The notes under the pieces: model-generated
What the model was told of the DNA's origin: nothing
What the model saw: only the letters and a program-made list of their open reading frames with translations
The model's database searches: none
Assembly (NCBI GenBank): GCA_963726745.1
Contig: CAVSDR010000004.1
Coordinates: 192,001-256,000, forward strand
Length of the DNA stretch: 64,000 nucleotides
Source: an uncultured Verrucomicrobiae bacterium
GTDB taxonomy: Bacteria; Verrucomicrobiota; Verrucomicrobiia; Chthoniobacterales; UBA10450
Reading direction: 5' to 3'
Shown here: piece after piece, positions 30,453-41,135 of the stretch
Numbering within the stretch: the first letter of the stretch is position 1
Layout of the letters: each line of letters opens with the position of its first letter
Position numbers and translations under genes: made by a program

Positions 30453-30686
30453 ATGGACGAACCTTACCGGAAATTAGCCGACGCTTTGCGCGCACGCACG
30501 GCGATCATTGGCGACGAGCGCAGCCGGCAAAATCCCGAAGCGCATCTGGCGCGCCTGCAGGAAGTGTCGGAACGCCTGGAAGCGGCCGAGCGCGAACTGC
30601 CGCCAGCGATCGATCCGCAACTGCGGCACTATTTACAGCGACGCAGCTACTCGAAGGCGCTCGAGTTTCTCGAACAGCCAGCCTAG
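30453..30686 (+). CDS. Small helical hypothetical protein
   Basis: 77-aa ORF filling an intergenic gap, ends DPQLRHYLQRRSYSKALEFL. Confidence 0.65.
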   Translation: MDEPYRKLADALRARTAIIGDERSRQNPEAHLARLQEVSERLEAAERELPPAIDPQLRHYLQRRSYSKALEFLEQPA

Positions 30687-30724
30687 CCCCCGGAGAGCCT
30701 CCGGGCGGGCGAAGCCATCGCGGC

Positions 30725-31336
30725 CTAGCGCGAATAAAGCTCGACGATTAACTGCTCGTTAACCATCGGCTGCATCTCGTCGCGGCTCGGGATCCGGGCC
30801 ACCTTGCCGCTGAGGGCATCGCGGTTCGCGACCAGCCAATCCGGCACCGGCGCGATCTGCGTGAGCTCAAGGTTGCGCATCGCGAGCTGGCGCGACTTTG
30901 GCTTGTCCTTGATCGAGACTTCGTCACCCGATTTCACGTTGTAGGAGGCAATGTCGACGCCCTTGCCGTTGACCATCACGTGACCGTGAGAAACGAGCTG
31001 GCGGGCGGCGCTGCGCGTGTTCGCGAGGCCGAGGCGGAAGACGACGTTGTCAAGACGGGTCTCGAGGAGTTGCAGAAGCGTCTCGCCGGTAACGCCGCGG
31101 CGCTGGAGCGCCGTCTGGAAGATCCGGCGGAATTGCTTCTCGAGCAGGCCGTATTGATACCGCAGCTTCTGCTTCTCGCCGAGCGCCACGGCGTAGTCGG
31201 ATTGCTTGCGGCGCGAACCCTTCGGGCCGTGCATGCCTGGAGGATAATTTTTGCGCTCGAGGGATTTCGAAGGGCCAAAGAGCGGGACGCCATAGCGGCG
31301 GCTGACTTTGGTTTTTGGTCCGGTATATCTGCCCAT
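30725..31336 (-). CDS. rpsD: 30S ribosomal protein S4
   Basis: MGRYTGPK, LETRLDNVVFRLG, LIVELYSR. Confidence 0.97.
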   Translation of the reverse strand: MGRYTGPKTKVSRRYGVPLFGPSKSLERKNYPPGMHGPKGSRRKQSDYAVALGEKQKLRYQYGLLEKQFRRIFQTALQRRGVTGETLLQLLETRLDNVVFRLGLANTRSAARQLVSHGHVMVNGKGVDIASYNVKSGDEVSIKDKPKSRQLAMRNLELTQIAPVPDWLVANRDALSGKVARIPSRDEMQPMVNEQLIVELYSR

Positions 31337-31370
31337 GATCTAGAGAGTGCTGGCTAAAATAAGTGAAGAA

Positions 31371-32069
31371 TCAGACGCGACGCTGTTTTGGCGGGCGGCA
31401 ACCATTGTGCGGCACCGGGGTCACGTCGCGGATAACAGTAAGGTCGAGACCGATCGCCTGGAGCGCACGCACGGCAGACTCGCGGCCGGCGCCAGGTCCG
31501 CGGACGAGGACTTCGACTTCCTTCAAACCATGGCCCATGGCCTGACGGGAAGCGTCCTGCGCCACCATCTGGGCAGCATAAGCAGTGCTCTTGCGCGAGC
31601 CCTTAAAGCCAACTTTACCTGCGCTCGACCAACCGATGACGTTGCCGTTCATGTCGGTGATGGTGACGATGGTGTTGTTAAAGGTGGAAAGGATATGCGC
31701 CACACCCGAGTGGATGTTTTTGCTCCCCTTGGCCTTGATGATCTTCGGCTTCTCGACGTCGTTCGGGTCGAGCGAGAGATTTTCCTTCGGAGCTTCGGCT
31801 TTCTCGGCTTCGGCCTTCTTGGCCTTGGCGGTCTTCTTGGCCGGCTTTGGCGCGGCTGGAGCAGCAGCTTCCGCAGTAGGCGCTGGAGTGGCTGGGGCGG
31901 TCTCGGCCGCAGGAGCGGCCGTCGCTTCGGCCGGCGCGGCAGCGGACTCAGCGGCGGGCGCGGTCGACTCTGGCGCCACGGTGGATTCCGTTGGGGCGGC
32001 CGCGGCCTTCGCGGGTTTCGCCTTCTTCTCGGCCTTCGCCGGTTTTGTCTCTTCTGATTCTTCTGCCAT
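31371..32069 (-). CDS. rpsK: 30S ribosomal protein S11 with long N-terminal extension
   Basis: [40 protein letters not shown]. Confidence 0.96.
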   Translation of the reverse strand: MAEESEETKPAKAEKKAKPAKAAAAPTESTVAPESTAPAAESAAAPAEATAAPAAETAPATPAPTAEAAAPAAPKPAKKTAKAKKAEAEKAEAPKENLSLDPNDVEKPKIIKAKGSKNIHSGVAHILSTFNNTIVTITDMNGNVIGWSSAGKVGFKGSRKSTAYAAQMVAQDASRQAMGHGLKEVEVLVRGPGAGRESAVRALQAIGLDLTVIRDVTPVPHNGCRPPKQRRV

Positions 32070-32101
32070 GACCTAGCTCCTGATGTCTAAATTTTTGCGC
32101 G

Positions 32102-32488
32102 CTACTTCTTCGCGTCCTTGTTGCGGATCACGCCGACCGTCTTGCGCGGGCCCTTGCGCGTGCGCGCGTTCGTGGAAGTTCTCTGCCCGCGGACCGGAAG
32201 GCCGCGGCGATGCCGAATGCCGCGGTAACAATTGATCGCCTGGAGGCGCTTGAGGTTGCTCTGGAGATCGCGGCGCAGATCGCCCTCGATCATGAGCTTG
32301 TTGTCGGTGATCGCGTGGATGATGTCGTTCAACTGCGAGGGCGAAAGATCCTTCGCGCGCAGGTTGGGATCGATGTTCGTCTGATCGAGGATGCGCTTCG
32401 CGGTCGTCGGCCCGATGCCGTAGACGTAGGTGAGAGACGCTTCGATGCGCTTGTCCGAGGGAATTTCTACTCCGAGTAAACGTGGCAT
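32102..32488 (-). CDS. rpsM: 30S ribosomal protein S13
   Basis: [26 protein letters not shown]. Confidence 0.97.
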   Translation of the reverse strand: MPRLLGVEIPSDKRIEASLTYVYGIGPTTAKRILDQTNIDPNLRAKDLSPSQLNDIIHAITDNKLMIEGDLRRDLQSNLKRLQAINCYRGIRHRRGLPVRGQRTSTNARTRKGPRKTVGVIRNKDAKK

Positions 32489-32512
32489 AAGGAAAAATTA
32501 AATAAGCGCTCG

Positions 32513-32626
32513 TTAGCCCTGCCGCTGTTTATGGCGGGGATTCTTGCAAATCACGCGGACAACATTCTTCCGCTTCACGATCTTGCACGCTTCACAAAGT
32601 CTTTTTACCGAGGGTCGCACTTTCAT
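32513..32626 (-). CDS. rpmJ: 50S ribosomal protein L36 (not in ORF track)
   Basis: Hand translation [37 protein letters not shown]. Confidence 0.95.
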   Translation of the reverse strand: MKVRPSVKRLCEACKIVKRKNVVRVICKNPRHKQRQG

Positions 32627-32793
32627 AACTGGGCCGATTTAGGAGACAAAAAACGCGGAGATTGGCTCCGCGCGATCACTCTGGGCGAACGTCGTTCGCC
32701 GCTCCGACAATCCGTAAGGAGAAAGACAGTTAGCAGAAGATTCCGAGCTGGCAACACGGAGCGCATGATTTTTCGGAGAATTTGCCGGCAACT

Positions 32794-33570
32794 TCACTTG
32801 AGCTGGGCCTGGCCTCGGGCAGTCAGAATTTCCGGCGCCTCGCGCGTGATCAAAACCGTATGCTCGAAATGCGCCGAGGGCATGCCGTCGGCCGTGCAAA
32901 CGGTCCAGCCATCGTCCATCAAGCGTACGCCCGCGGCGCCACTATTGATCATCGGCTCGATCGCCAAAGTCATACCTGCTTTCAAGCGCGGGCCGCTGCC
33001 GGGGCGGCCGTAGTTCGGCACCTGCGGTTCCTCGTGCAACTTCCGGCCCACGCCGTGACCGACGAATTCCCGAACCACCGAGAAACCATGGCCGACCGCT
33101 TCCTGCTCGATCGCTGAGCAGACATCGCCCAGGCGCACGCCTTCGCCGATGACGCTGATTGCGCACCGGAGCGCATTTTCAGTCACGCGAAGCAGCTTCT
33201 CCGTGCGTTCGTCGATCTGGCCGACCGCGACGGTGTAAGCCGTGTCCCCCACCCAACCGTCTTTGATCACGCCAATGTCGAGCTTGACGATGTCGCCGTA
33301 TTGGATGCGTCGCTGGCTGCCAATGCCGTGGACGATTTCGTCATTGAGCGAAATGCAGATGTTACCGGGAAACACGCGATGCCCCAGCCGGTAGCCCAGG
33401 AAAGCGCTGCGCACCTTGGCTTCCGCCATCAGGTCGGCGGCCGCTTCGTCGACTTCTTTCGTGGAAATGCCCGGCCGCACGAGCTCGCTTAAGCGCTCGA
33501 GGATCTCGCTCGCCGTGCGGCAGGCCAGCCGCATTTTCTCGATCTCTTTCCCGCTCTTGATCGGGATCAT
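32794..33570 (-). CDS. map: Methionine aminopeptidase type I
   Basis: CISLNDEIVHG, GHGVGRKLHEEP, AIEPMIN, SAHFEHT. Confidence 0.95.
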   Translation of the reverse strand: MIPIKSGKEIEKMRLACRTASEILERLSELVRPGISTKEVDEAAADLMAEAKVRSAFLGYRLGHRVFPGNICISLNDEIVHGIGSQRRIQYGDIVKLDIGVIKDGWVGDTAYTVAVGQIDERTEKLLRVTENALRCAISVIGEGVRLGDVCSAIEQEAVGHGFSVVREFVGHGVGRKLHEEPQVPNYGRPGSGPRLKAGMTLAIEPMINSGAAGVRLMDDGWTVCTADGMPSAHFEHTVLITREAPEILTARGQAQLK

Positions 33571-34223
33571 GCCGCCGCCTGTTCGATCAAGCGCGAGATG
33601 TCGGCAAAAACTTCCTCGCGGCCGCGATTGCCATCGATTTTTTGGAGGCAGCCAAGTTTTTGGTAATACTCCGCCAACGGCTCCGTCTTGGCGTGGAATT
33701 CCGCCAGCCGCTTCTGCAAAACGGAGACATCGTCGTCCGTGCGGCGCACCAGTGGACCGTCGCAATATGGGCAGATGGGTCGCTCCGCGAAGACGGCAGC
33801 TCCCGCGCTGGTGGTGAACCCGCAGGCCTGGCATTGCAGCCGGCTGGAGATGCGATCGATCACCGTCTGCTCGCCGACCTCCAGCCAGATCGCGAGATCC
33901 AGCGGCGTCTTCCGGCGTTCCAACAAATTCTGCAAGCTCTCCGCCTGACCGGCGGTGCGCGGGAAGCCATCGAAGACGAAACCATGGCCGCCGTGCAGAC
34001 GCAGCCAGTCTTCGATCAGCTCCACGATGATCTTGTCCGAAACCAAGCCACCATGCTGCGTCGTCTCCGCGGTTTCGAGGCCGAGCGGCGTGCCGAGATC
34101 GCGTTCGCGACGAAGGATCGCGCCAGGCGACGTCACCGGCACTCCGAATTGCCGGGTAATCATCTCTGCCTGGGTTCCCTTTCCGGAACCGGGCGCGCCG
34201 AGGAGGACGAGTCGCCTTTTCAC
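33567..34223 (-). CDS. adk: Adenylate kinase
   Basis: LLGAPGSGKGTQA, DGFPRT, Zn lid CQAC..CPYC. Confidence 0.93.
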   Translation of the reverse strand: MKRRLVLLGAPGSGKGTQAEMITRQFGVPVTSPGAILRRERDLGTPLGLETAETTQHGGLVSDKIIVELIEDWLRLHGGHGFVFDGFPRTAGQAESLQNLLERRKTPLDLAIWLEVGEQTVIDRISSRLQCQACGFTTSAGAAVFAERPICPYCDGPLVRRTDDDVSVLQKRLAEFHAKTEPLAEYYQKLGCLQKIDGNRGREEVFADISRLIEQAAA

Positions 34224-35725
34224 TAGCGCCCGTAAACGAAGATGGCCACGCCGCCGATCACGAGGACCGCGATTCCAACGTAGAGCCACATCAAGGTAGT
34301 TTGCGGCGCTGCTTCACCGCGATTGTAGGAAGAGCGATCGGAACGGCCCCGGATGCGCCCCTTGCGCAGGAACCCGTCGTAATGCCGCTGGATCAAATGC
34401 GTTTCTACCTGCCGCATGGTGTCGAGCATTACGCCGACAATAATCAGCAAGCTGGTGCCGCCGAAGAATTGCGCGGTGATAGCTGGCACATTGAGCGATT
34501 GGCTAAGCAGACTCGGAAGAATCGCGATAATCGTAAGGAAGATCGCGCCGGCAAAAGTCAGGCGCGTCATCGTGAAGTCGAGGAACTCCGCGGTCGGCTT
34601 GCCTGGACGCACGCCCGGGATGTAACCGCCGTATTTCTTCAAGTCGTCGGCAATCTGCGAAGGCTGAAACTGCGTCGCGACCCAGAAGTAACTGAAAAAG
34701 AAAATCATCAACGCCAGGGCCACGTAATGCGCCCAGCCATGCGCGAGCGCATCCGAGATCTGGCGTGCGAGCCGGCTGTTTTGGAAAGCCATGCTCACGA
34801 TCGTGGTCGGGAACAACAACAACGCCCACGCGAAGATGATCGGCATGACGCCGGCGTAGTTAACCTTCAAAGGCATATACTGCGTCTGGCCGCCATACAT
34901 CTTCCGGCCGACCACCCGCTTGGCATATTGCACCGTGATCTTGCGCACGCCCTGCGTGACCGCGATGACCGCCGCGATCACGATGAAGAGAAATGCGATC
35001 ATCATGACCAAGATTGCCGGACTCACCTGACCGGTCCCGGCGCCCGTCGGAACGAAAGTCTTCCAGGCCTGGGCAAGCGCTGCAGGCAGGCGCGCCACGA
35101 TCCCCACGGTGATGATGAGCGAGATGCCGTTCCCGATGCCGCGCTCGGTGATTTGGTCACCCAGCCACATCAGGAAAAGAGTGCCCGAAGTGAGCGTAAG
35201 CACGGTGACGATGCGGAACATCATCCCGAGATCGGCCACCAAAGGGATGCCTAATTTACTGACCGTCTCGGTGATCCCCGGCAGCATCGTCTGGTAGGAT
35301 TCCGGATGCTGGAAGGAAACCGCCAGGAGGTAACCCTGGACAATACAAAGCGCCACGGTCGCGTAGCGGGTGTACTGCATGATCTTCTGCCGGCCACCGT
35401 CCTCGCGGGCCAGGCGTCCGAGCTGCGGGATTACGGCCGTGAGCAGCTGCATCATGATCGATGCGCTGATATACGGCATAATGCCTAACGAGAAGATGGC
35501 GCAGTTCTCGAGTGCGCCACCGCTGAATAAGTTAAATAGCGCCGCGACCCCGCCTCCCGATTTCTGCGAGAAGCTGCCCCGGAACCATTCCTGCAGGACG
35601 GCCGCGTTCACTCCAGGCGTGCTGATGGCAGCACCCAGGCGAACAATGACGATCACCGCGAGGGTGAACAAAATCCGCCGGCGAAGCTCGGGGATTTTAA
35701 CGGAATTGAGAAAGGCCGAAACCAT
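34223..35725 (-). CDS. secY: Preprotein translocase subunit SecY
   Basis: FSLGIMPYISASI, WLGDQITERGIGNG, IPGVRPG, GGTSLLI. Confidence 0.97.
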   Translation of the reverse strand: MVSAFLNSVKIPELRRRILFTLAVIVIVRLGAAISTPGVNAAVLQEWFRGSFSQKSGGGVAALFNLFSGGALENCAIFSLGIMPYISASIMMQLLTAVIPQLGRLAREDGGRQKIMQYTRYATVALCIVQGYLLAVSFQHPESYQTMLPGITETVSKLGIPLVADLGMMFRIVTVLTLTSGTLFLMWLGDQITERGIGNGISLIITVGIVARLPAALAQAWKTFVPTGAGTGQVSPAILVMMIAFLFIVIAAVIAVTQGVRKITVQYAKRVVGRKMYGGQTQYMPLKVNYAGVMPIIFAWALLLFPTTIVSMAFQNSRLARQISDALAHGWAHYVALALMIFFFSYFWVATQFQPSQIADDLKKYGGYIPGVRPGKPTAEFLDFTMTRLTFAGAIFLTIIAILPSLLSQSLNVPAITAQFFGGTSLLIIVGVMLDTMRQVETHLIQRHYDGFLRKGRIRGRSDRSSYNRGEAAPQTTLMWLYVGIAVLVIGGVAIFVYGR

Positions 35726-35734
35726 TCCGATTCG

Positions 35735-36280
35735 TTAGCTCTTTTTTTTCGCCGCGCCGCTCTTCTTGGCTGCCGGAGATTTTTTCGCTGCTGCCGCCGC
35801 CGCTTCCGGACGCCGTGGTCCGCGAGGACCCGCTTCCGGCTTCAGGTTCAGCGTGCCGCCGGCGCTTTCGATCTTCGCGCGGGCCGCTTCGCTGGCTTTA
35901 TCGGCCTCGATCGTCAGCCCGTGCTTCAATTCGCCGGTGGCAAGAATTTTGACCCCGGCGCCGTTGCCGCGCACCAGGCCGGCATCACGCAGGAGCTGCT
36001 CCGTCACGGTAGTGCCGGCGTCGAATTCGTTCAGATCACTTAGGTTGACCACCGCGTAAGTCTTATGAAAACGCGCGTTGTTAAAGCCGCGTTTCGGGAG
36101 ACGACGAATGAGCGGCATCTGGCCGCCTTCGAAACCGAGACGAATGCTGCCGCCGGAACGCGCCTTCTGGCCCTTGTGTCCCTTGCCGCTGGTCTTGCCA
36201 TGGCCAGAGCTTTCGCCAATGCCGAGTCGCTTGACCCGATGTTTCGCGCCAGGGCGCGGCTTGAGATTGTGCAACCGCAT
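35735..36280 (-). CDS. rplO: 50S ribosomal protein L15
   Basis: GKTSGKGHKGQKAR, GFEGGQMPL. Confidence 0.96.
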   Translation of the reverse strand: MRLHNLKPRPGAKHRVKRLGIGESSGHGKTSGKGHKGQKARSGGSIRLGFEGGQMPLIRRLPKRGFNNARFHKTYAVVNLSDLNEFDAGTTVTEQLLRDAGLVRGNGAGVKILATGELKHGLTIEADKASEAARAKIESAGGTLNLKPEAGPRGPRRPEAAAAAAKKSPAAKKSGAAKKKS

Positions 36281-36843
36281 CATGACTCGTCACCCTTTCC
36301 GTCCGCCGTCGCCATTGCTGGGCGAATCCCACGGGTCTTGAAAATTTCGTCTTTCCGGCGCAGGCCGCGTAGCGCTTCGATCGTGGCCTTGACCACATTC
36401 GAGTGATTGCTCGAGCCTAACGACTTTGCCAGCACATCCTTGATTCCGACCGCTTCCACGACCGCACGCACGCCGCCGCCAGCGATGACGCCAGTTCCAG
36501 GCGAAGCCGGGCGCAAAAGCACACGACCGCCGCCGAATTCCCCGACCGTCTCGTGCGGGATGGTGTTCAAATGCAGGGACATTTTCTCCATCCCTTTGCG
36601 AGCAGCTTCCGAGGCCTTGCGGATCGCTTCTGCGACTTCATTGGCCTTGCCAAATCCGACACCGACTTTGCCGTCGTGATCGCCCGCCACAATCAAGGCG
36701 CTGAAGCTGAAGCGACGTCCGCCCTTCACGACCTTCGCGCATCGATTGATGAACACGACCTTCTCGGTCGTATCCCCACGTGCTGCTGAGCTCTTATCTG
36801 TCTGGCGTTCCTGACGCCGACCGCCACCGTGTTGTTGTGCCAT
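36280..36843 (-). CDS. rpsE: 30S ribosomal protein S5
   Basis: [22 protein letters not shown]. Confidence 0.97.
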   Translation of the reverse strand: MAQQHGGGRRQERQTDKSSAARGDTTEKVVFINRCAKVVKGGRRFSFSALIVAGDHDGKVGVGFGKANEVAEAIRKASEAARKGMEKMSLHLNTIPHETVGEFGGGRVLLRPASPGTGVIAGGGVRAVVEAVGIKDVLAKSLGSSNHSNVVKATIEALRGLRRKDEIFKTRGIRPAMATADGKGDES

Positions 36844-36853
36844 GACTTATTTT

Positions 36854-37207
36854 CTAAAACTTAAGTCCGCCTTCGCGGGCCGCATCAGCCAGCGCTTTCA
36901 CTTTGCCGTGATACTGCGCGCCGCCGCGATCGAAGACGACTTTGTCGACATTCTTCGCGAGCAACCGCTCGGCGACCGACTTGCCAATCTTCTCCGCCGA
37001 GGCGCGATTCGCCGCGGCTTTGCCAAAACCTTCTTCCGTGGTCGTCGCGGCCGCGAGGGTGCGACCGGCATCGTCGTCGATCACCTGGGCATAGACATGC
37101 TTGCCCGAGAAATGCACTGCCAGGCGGGGCCGTTCGGCCGTGCCGCTGACGCGTTTGCGGATGCGCTTGTGGATCCGGTCCCGAATAATTTTGCGACTCG
37201 CTCTCAT
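36854..37207 (-). CDS. rplR: 50S ribosomal protein L18
   Basis: RPRL, VFDRGG.YHGKVKALADAARE. Confidence 0.96.
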   Translation of the reverse strand: MRASRKIIRDRIHKRIRKRVSGTAERPRLAVHFSGKHVYAQVIDDDAGRTLAAATTTEEGFGKAAANRASAEKIGKSVAERLLAKNVDKVVFDRGGAQYHGKVKALADAAREGGLKF

Positions 37208-37208
37208 A

Positions 37209-37749
37209 TTACTGAACCGTCTTTCCTTCCTTGCGGCGAATCACTTCGCCCGCGTAACGCACGCCCTTGCCCTTGTAAGGCTCGGGTGGGTAATAACGGC
37301 GAATGTCCGCCGCCACCTGGCCGACAACTTTCTTGTCGATGCCACTGATGCTGATCTTGGTGTTGTCCGCGACTTTGATCTCGATCCCTTGGGGAATCGG
37401 GAAAAGCACGGGATGCGAAAAACCGAGCGCAAGGTTCAAAATCTGACCCTTGAACGTTGGCCTTGAAGCCCACGCCCTCGATGATGAGATCCTTGGTGAA
37501 GCCGGTACTGACGCCTTGGACCATGTTGTGGACCAGGCTACGCGAAAGACCATGCAGCGCCTTCACGCTGCGGGTCTCGGCGCTGCGGACGACATTGATC
37601 GTCTTGTCCGAAACTGTTGCCTGGATTTCACGCGGCAACTGCCAGTTTAGCTTACCCTTCGGTCCCTCCACCGCGACGGCGCCATCGTTGCCGATGTTTA
37701 CCTTCACCTTGTCGGGAATCTCGACCGCTTTATTTCCAATTCGTGACAT
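37209..37749 (-). CDS. rplF: 50S ribosomal protein L6 (split by a +1 indel near 37447)
   Basis: MSRIG...EGVGFK in one frame, LGFSHP...PEPYKGKG in the next. Confidence 0.93.
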
Positions 37750-37764
37750 AGCAATTCGGGCCGC

Positions 37765-38163
37765 TTACCAAATGTAAGCCAGCAACTCGCCTCCCAGTTT
37801 TTGCTTCTTGGCGTCCTTGCCGGAGAGGATCCCGCGCGAAGTCGAAAGAATCGAGATGCCCATGCCACCGAGGACGCGCGGAATTTCATCGGCGCCCACA
37901 TAGCGGCGGAGACCAGGACGGCTCACGCGCTTCAAGCCGGTGATCGCGCTGGTGCGGTTGTGGATCTTGTTCGTGATCTTGATCCGCGGATGCGCCCCTT
38001 CGTTGTTCAGTTCAAAATCGGTGATGTAGCCTTCTTCCTTCAAGATGCGGATGATCTCCGACTTGATCTTGGAATAAGGGACAAACATTTCGTGCTTCCC
38101 GGCAGCCCCGGCGTTGCGCACGCGGGCCAGGAGGTCGGCAATAGGATCGGTTACAGTGCTCAT
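37765..38163 (-). CDS. rpsH: 30S ribosomal protein S8
   Basis: DPIADLL, SRPGLRRY, STSRG. Confidence 0.96.
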   Translation of the reverse strand: MSTVTDPIADLLARVRNAGAAGKHEMFVPYSKIKSEIIRILKEEGYITDFELNNEGAHPRIKITNKIHNRTSAITGLKRVSRPGLRRYVGADEIPRVLGGMGISILSTSRGILSGKDAKKQKLGGELLAYIW

Positions 38164-38166
38164 TCG

Positions 38167-38742
38167 TTAGGCCGCGGCAGGGGCGGCAGGTTTTTTCGCG
38201 CGATCGCTGAAGGGCATGCCCATTTCGGCGAGAAGCGACTTGGCTTCTTCGTTCGTCCGCGCGGAAGTGACGATGGTAACATCAAAACCGATGTTGCGCT
38301 TGATTTTATCGAGCTCGACTTCGGGGAAGATCGACTGATCGGAAACGCCCAAGGTGTAGTTGCCGTTGCCGTCAAAGGCCTTCGGCGAAACTCCACGAAA
38401 ATCGCGGATGCGCGGGAGGGCGGTTTTGATCAAACGCTCCAGGAATTCATACATGTGCTCGCCGCGCAGGGTAACCTTCGCGCCGATGGCCTGCTCCTGC
38501 CGGAGCTTGAAGTTCGCGATGCTTTTCTTCGCACGGGTCTCGGCCGGCTTCTGTCCGCTGATGAGCGCGAGTTCCGCCTTGGCGTCCTCTAGAGCCTGCT
38601 TCACATCGGCTTGTGAACCAACAGAAGTGTTGATCACCACTTTCTCCACTTTCGGGATCTGGTGGACGTTCTTGTAGCCGTGGGTTTCCTGCAGGGCAGG
38701 AACCACGCGCTTTTTGTAGTCGTCGTAAAATTCGTTCTTCAT
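38167..38742 (-). CDS. rplE: 50S ribosomal protein L5
   Basis: KSIANFKLR, ALPRIRDFRG, FDGNGNY. Confidence 0.97.
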   Translation of the reverse strand: MKNEFYDDYKKRVVPALQETHGYKNVHQIPKVEKVVINTSVGSQADVKQALEDAKAELALISGQKPAETRAKKSIANFKLRQEQAIGAKVTLRGEHMYEFLERLIKTALPRIRDFRGVSPKAFDGNGNYTLGVSDQSIFPEVELDKIKRNIGFDVTIVTSARTNEEAKSLLAEMGMPFSDRAKKPAAPAAA

Positions 38743-38745
38743 GGC

Positions 38746-39090
38746 TTACGCCTCCTCTTTGGAGGCTTTCTTTTTAGCCGGCGCTTTCTTCTTCGCGGCC
38801 GCTTTCGGTTTAGCCGACGCCTTGGTCTTGGCGTCCTTCTTGTCGGTCTTCTCCGGGCGATCGAGCACTTTCACATTCGAGATGTGAATCGGGCCTTCGC
38901 GCTCGGCGATTTTGCCCTGCGGATTGTCCTGAGACTTGCGCAGATGCTTCTTGATCATGCGCACGCCCTCCACGAGCACGCGCTGCTTGGTGGCCATCAC
39001 TTCCAGCACCTTGCCGCTGGAACCTTTGAAGTTGCCGGCAATTACTTCCACATTGTCGCCCTTGCGGACGTGCAGCTTGATCCGGTTCAT
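38746..39090 (-). CDS. rplX: 50S ribosomal protein L24
   Basis: [17 protein letters not shown]. Confidence 0.95.
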   Translation of the reverse strand: MNRIKLHVRKGDNVEVIAGNFKGSSGKVLEVMATKQRVLVEGVRMIKKHLRKSQDNPQGKIAEREGPIHISNVKVLDRPEKTDKKDAKTKASAKPKAAAKKKAPAKKKASKEEA

Positions 39091-39455
39091 AGAACCTCCG
39101 GCGCCAGGGAGACGATCTTCATGAAATTGCGCTCGCGCAGTTCACGGGCGACTGGCCCGAAGATACGGGTGCCACGCGGGTTCAGGTCTTTGTCGATGAT
39201 CACGATCGCGTTGTTGTCGAAACGCAGGACCGAGCCGTCGTCGCGCTTGATTGGCTGCCGAGTGCGCACGAGGACCGCGCGCACGACTTCGCCCTTCTTC
39301 ACCGTGCCGCCGGCGGAGGCTTCCTTCACGTTCGCGGTGATCACGTCGCCGATGCCGGCAGTCTGGCTGGTGCCCTGACCAATGACGCCGATCATCGTGG
39401 CCATGCGTGCGCCGCTGTTATCGGCCACGTCGAGTCTGGATCTAATCTGAACCAT
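39087..39455 (-). CDS. rplN: 50S ribosomal protein L14
   Basis: [25 protein letters not shown]. Confidence 0.97.
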   Translation of the reverse strand: MVQIRSRLDVADNSGARMATMIGVIGQGTSQTAGIGDVITANVKEASAGGTVKKGEVVRAVLVRTRQPIKRDDGSVLRFDNNAIVIIDKDLNPRGTRIFGPVARELRERNFMKIVSLAPEVL

Positions 39456-39477
39456 ATAAAATTTCCCTGTTGTTAGG

Positions 39478-39774
39478 CTACTTCGCGACCACTTCGACCA
39501 GCCGCCAGCGCTTGAGCTTGCTCAAAGGGCGGGTCTCCATGATCCGGACGGTGTCGCCGGTCTTCGCCTTGTTCTCTTCGTCGTGAGCGTAGAATTTCTT
39601 CATCTGCTTCACGATTTTGCCGAACTTCGCGTGCGGCACGCGGGTGACGGTGCGAACCACGATGGTCTTGTTCATCCCGCTGGAAATGACTTCGCCGGTG
39701 CGGGTCTTCCGCGTTGGGCGTTTGGTTTCCTCGGCCGTGCTCGGGCTATTCTCAGTCTGTGTCTCTTCGGCCAT
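39478..39774 (-). CDS. rpsQ: 30S ribosomal protein S17
   Basis: [15 protein letters not shown]. Confidence 0.95.
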   Translation of the reverse strand: MAEETQTENSPSTAEETKRPTRKTRTGEVISSGMNKTIVVRTVTRVPHAKFGKIVKQMKKFYAHDEENKAKTGDTVRIMETRPLSKLKRWRLVEVVAK

Positions 39775-39777
39775 AAA

Positions 39778-39990
39778 TTATTTGCTCGCGGGTTGCTGCT
39801 GCTGCTGCGCGCGCTGCGAAAGCACGGTCTCGACCTGTGCTACCTGGCGACGGAGGAGACGAAGGCGGCTCGGTTGTTCGAGCTGCCCGCTCTTCTGCTG
39901 GAGGCGGAGATGCAGGCTCTCTTGGCGAAGATCACGCTTCTTCGTGGTCAGCTCTTCGGAGCTCATCTCGTTGATTTCTTTAAATTTCAT
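39778..39990 (-). CDS. rpmC: 50S ribosomal protein L29
   Basis: GQLEQPSRLRLLRRQVA; position between rplP and rpsQ. Confidence 0.92.
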   Translation of the reverse strand: MKFKEINEMSSEELTTKKRDLRQESLHLRLQQKSGQLEQPSRLRLLRRQVAQVETVLSQRAQQQQQPASK

Positions 39991-39995
39991 ACTCG

Positions 39996-40421
39996 TTAGG
40001 CGGCAGCCACGTGGTGCCGGGTGAGGAACTTGGTCCGGACTGGCAGCTTATTGGCCGCCAGGCGGAGCGACTCGCGGGCGACCGATTCAGTCACGCCGTC
40101 GAGCTCAAAAAGAATGTTGCCGGGGCGCACGGTCGCAACCCATTTCTCCGGCTGGCCTTTACCTTTACCCATGCGGGTTTCTGGCGGGCGGGCGGTGACG
40201 GATTTGTCCGGGAAGATACGAATCCAAAGCTTGCCTTTGCGTTTCATGTTGCGGGTCAGGGCAACGCGGGCGGCCTCGATCTGGGTGTTGGTGATCCAGG
40301 CGCGTTCCAGCGTCTGGAGCCCGAATTCGCCGAAATCAATCTTGAGCGTGCGGGAAGCGGTCCCCTTGCGGCTGCCCCGCTGGGTCTTGCGATACTTCAC
40401 GCGTTTGGGCATCAATGGCAT
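39996..40421 (-). CDS. rplP: 50S ribosomal protein L16
   Basis: [16 protein letters not shown]. Confidence 0.97.
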   Translation of the reverse strand: MPLMPKRVKYRKTQRGSRKGTASRTLKIDFGEFGLQTLERAWITNTQIEAARVALTRNMKRKGKLWIRIFPDKSVTARPPETRMGKGKGQPEKWVATVRPGNILFELDGVTESVARESLRLAANKLPVRTKFLTRHHVAAA

Positions 40422-40449
40422 GTCAGTGTCTCCTTAAAAAAATCGTTCG

Positions 40450-41133
40450 TTAGGCTTCGACCGGCGCCGGCGGCGGGGTCGATGGCTGAGCCACCGGTTC
40501 CACCGGCGTCTCGTCCTTCTTACAGATCCAGCATTTCACGCCGATCTTTCCGTAAACTGTATTTGCCTCGGCAAAGCCGTAATCGATCGGCGTACGCAGG
40601 GTGTGAAGCGGCACTTTGCCTTCGCGATACCATTCCGAGCGGGAAATTTCCGCGCCGTTGAGGCGGCCGGAGCTGCGCAGGCGGATGCCCTGGGCACCGA
40701 AGTCCATTGCGATCTGCACGGCCTTTTTCATCGCGCGGCGATAAGCGATGCGGCGCTCGATCTGCAGGGCCACGTTCTCGGCCACGAGCTGCGCGTCGAG
40801 TTCCGGCGTTTTGATTTCCTGGATGTCGATCTTGATCTGTTTCCCCTGCGCCATCTTCGAGATTTCCTCGGTCATCTTCTCGATCTCGGCGCCTTTTCGT
40901 CCAATGACGATACCTGGGCGGGCGGTGTGGATGGTCACGCGAATGCTGTTCCACGCACGCTCGATGATGATCTTCGAGACGGCGGCAAACTGCAGCTTCT
41001 TCTTCACGTAATCGCGGATGCGAATGTCGCTATGGAGGAAGGCCGGCATATCCTGCGGCGAGGCATACCAGCGTGAGCGCCAGTCGCGATTGACCGCGAG
41101 GCGGAAGCCAATTGGATTAACTTTCTGTCCCAT
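40450..41133 (-). CDS. rpsC: 30S ribosomal protein S3
   Basis: [18 protein letters not shown]. Confidence 0.97.
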   Translation of the reverse strand: MGQKVNPIGFRLAVNRDWRSRWYASPQDMPAFLHSDIRIRDYVKKKLQFAAVSKIIIERAWNSIRVTIHTARPGIVIGRKGAEIEKMTEEISKMAQGKQIKIDIQEIKTPELDAQLVAENVALQIERRIAYRRAMKKAVQIAMDFGAQGIRLRSSGRLNGAEISRSEWYREGKVPLHTLRTPIDYGFAEANTVYGKIGVKCWICKKDETPVEPVAQPSTPPPAPVEA

Positions 41134-41135
41134 GA

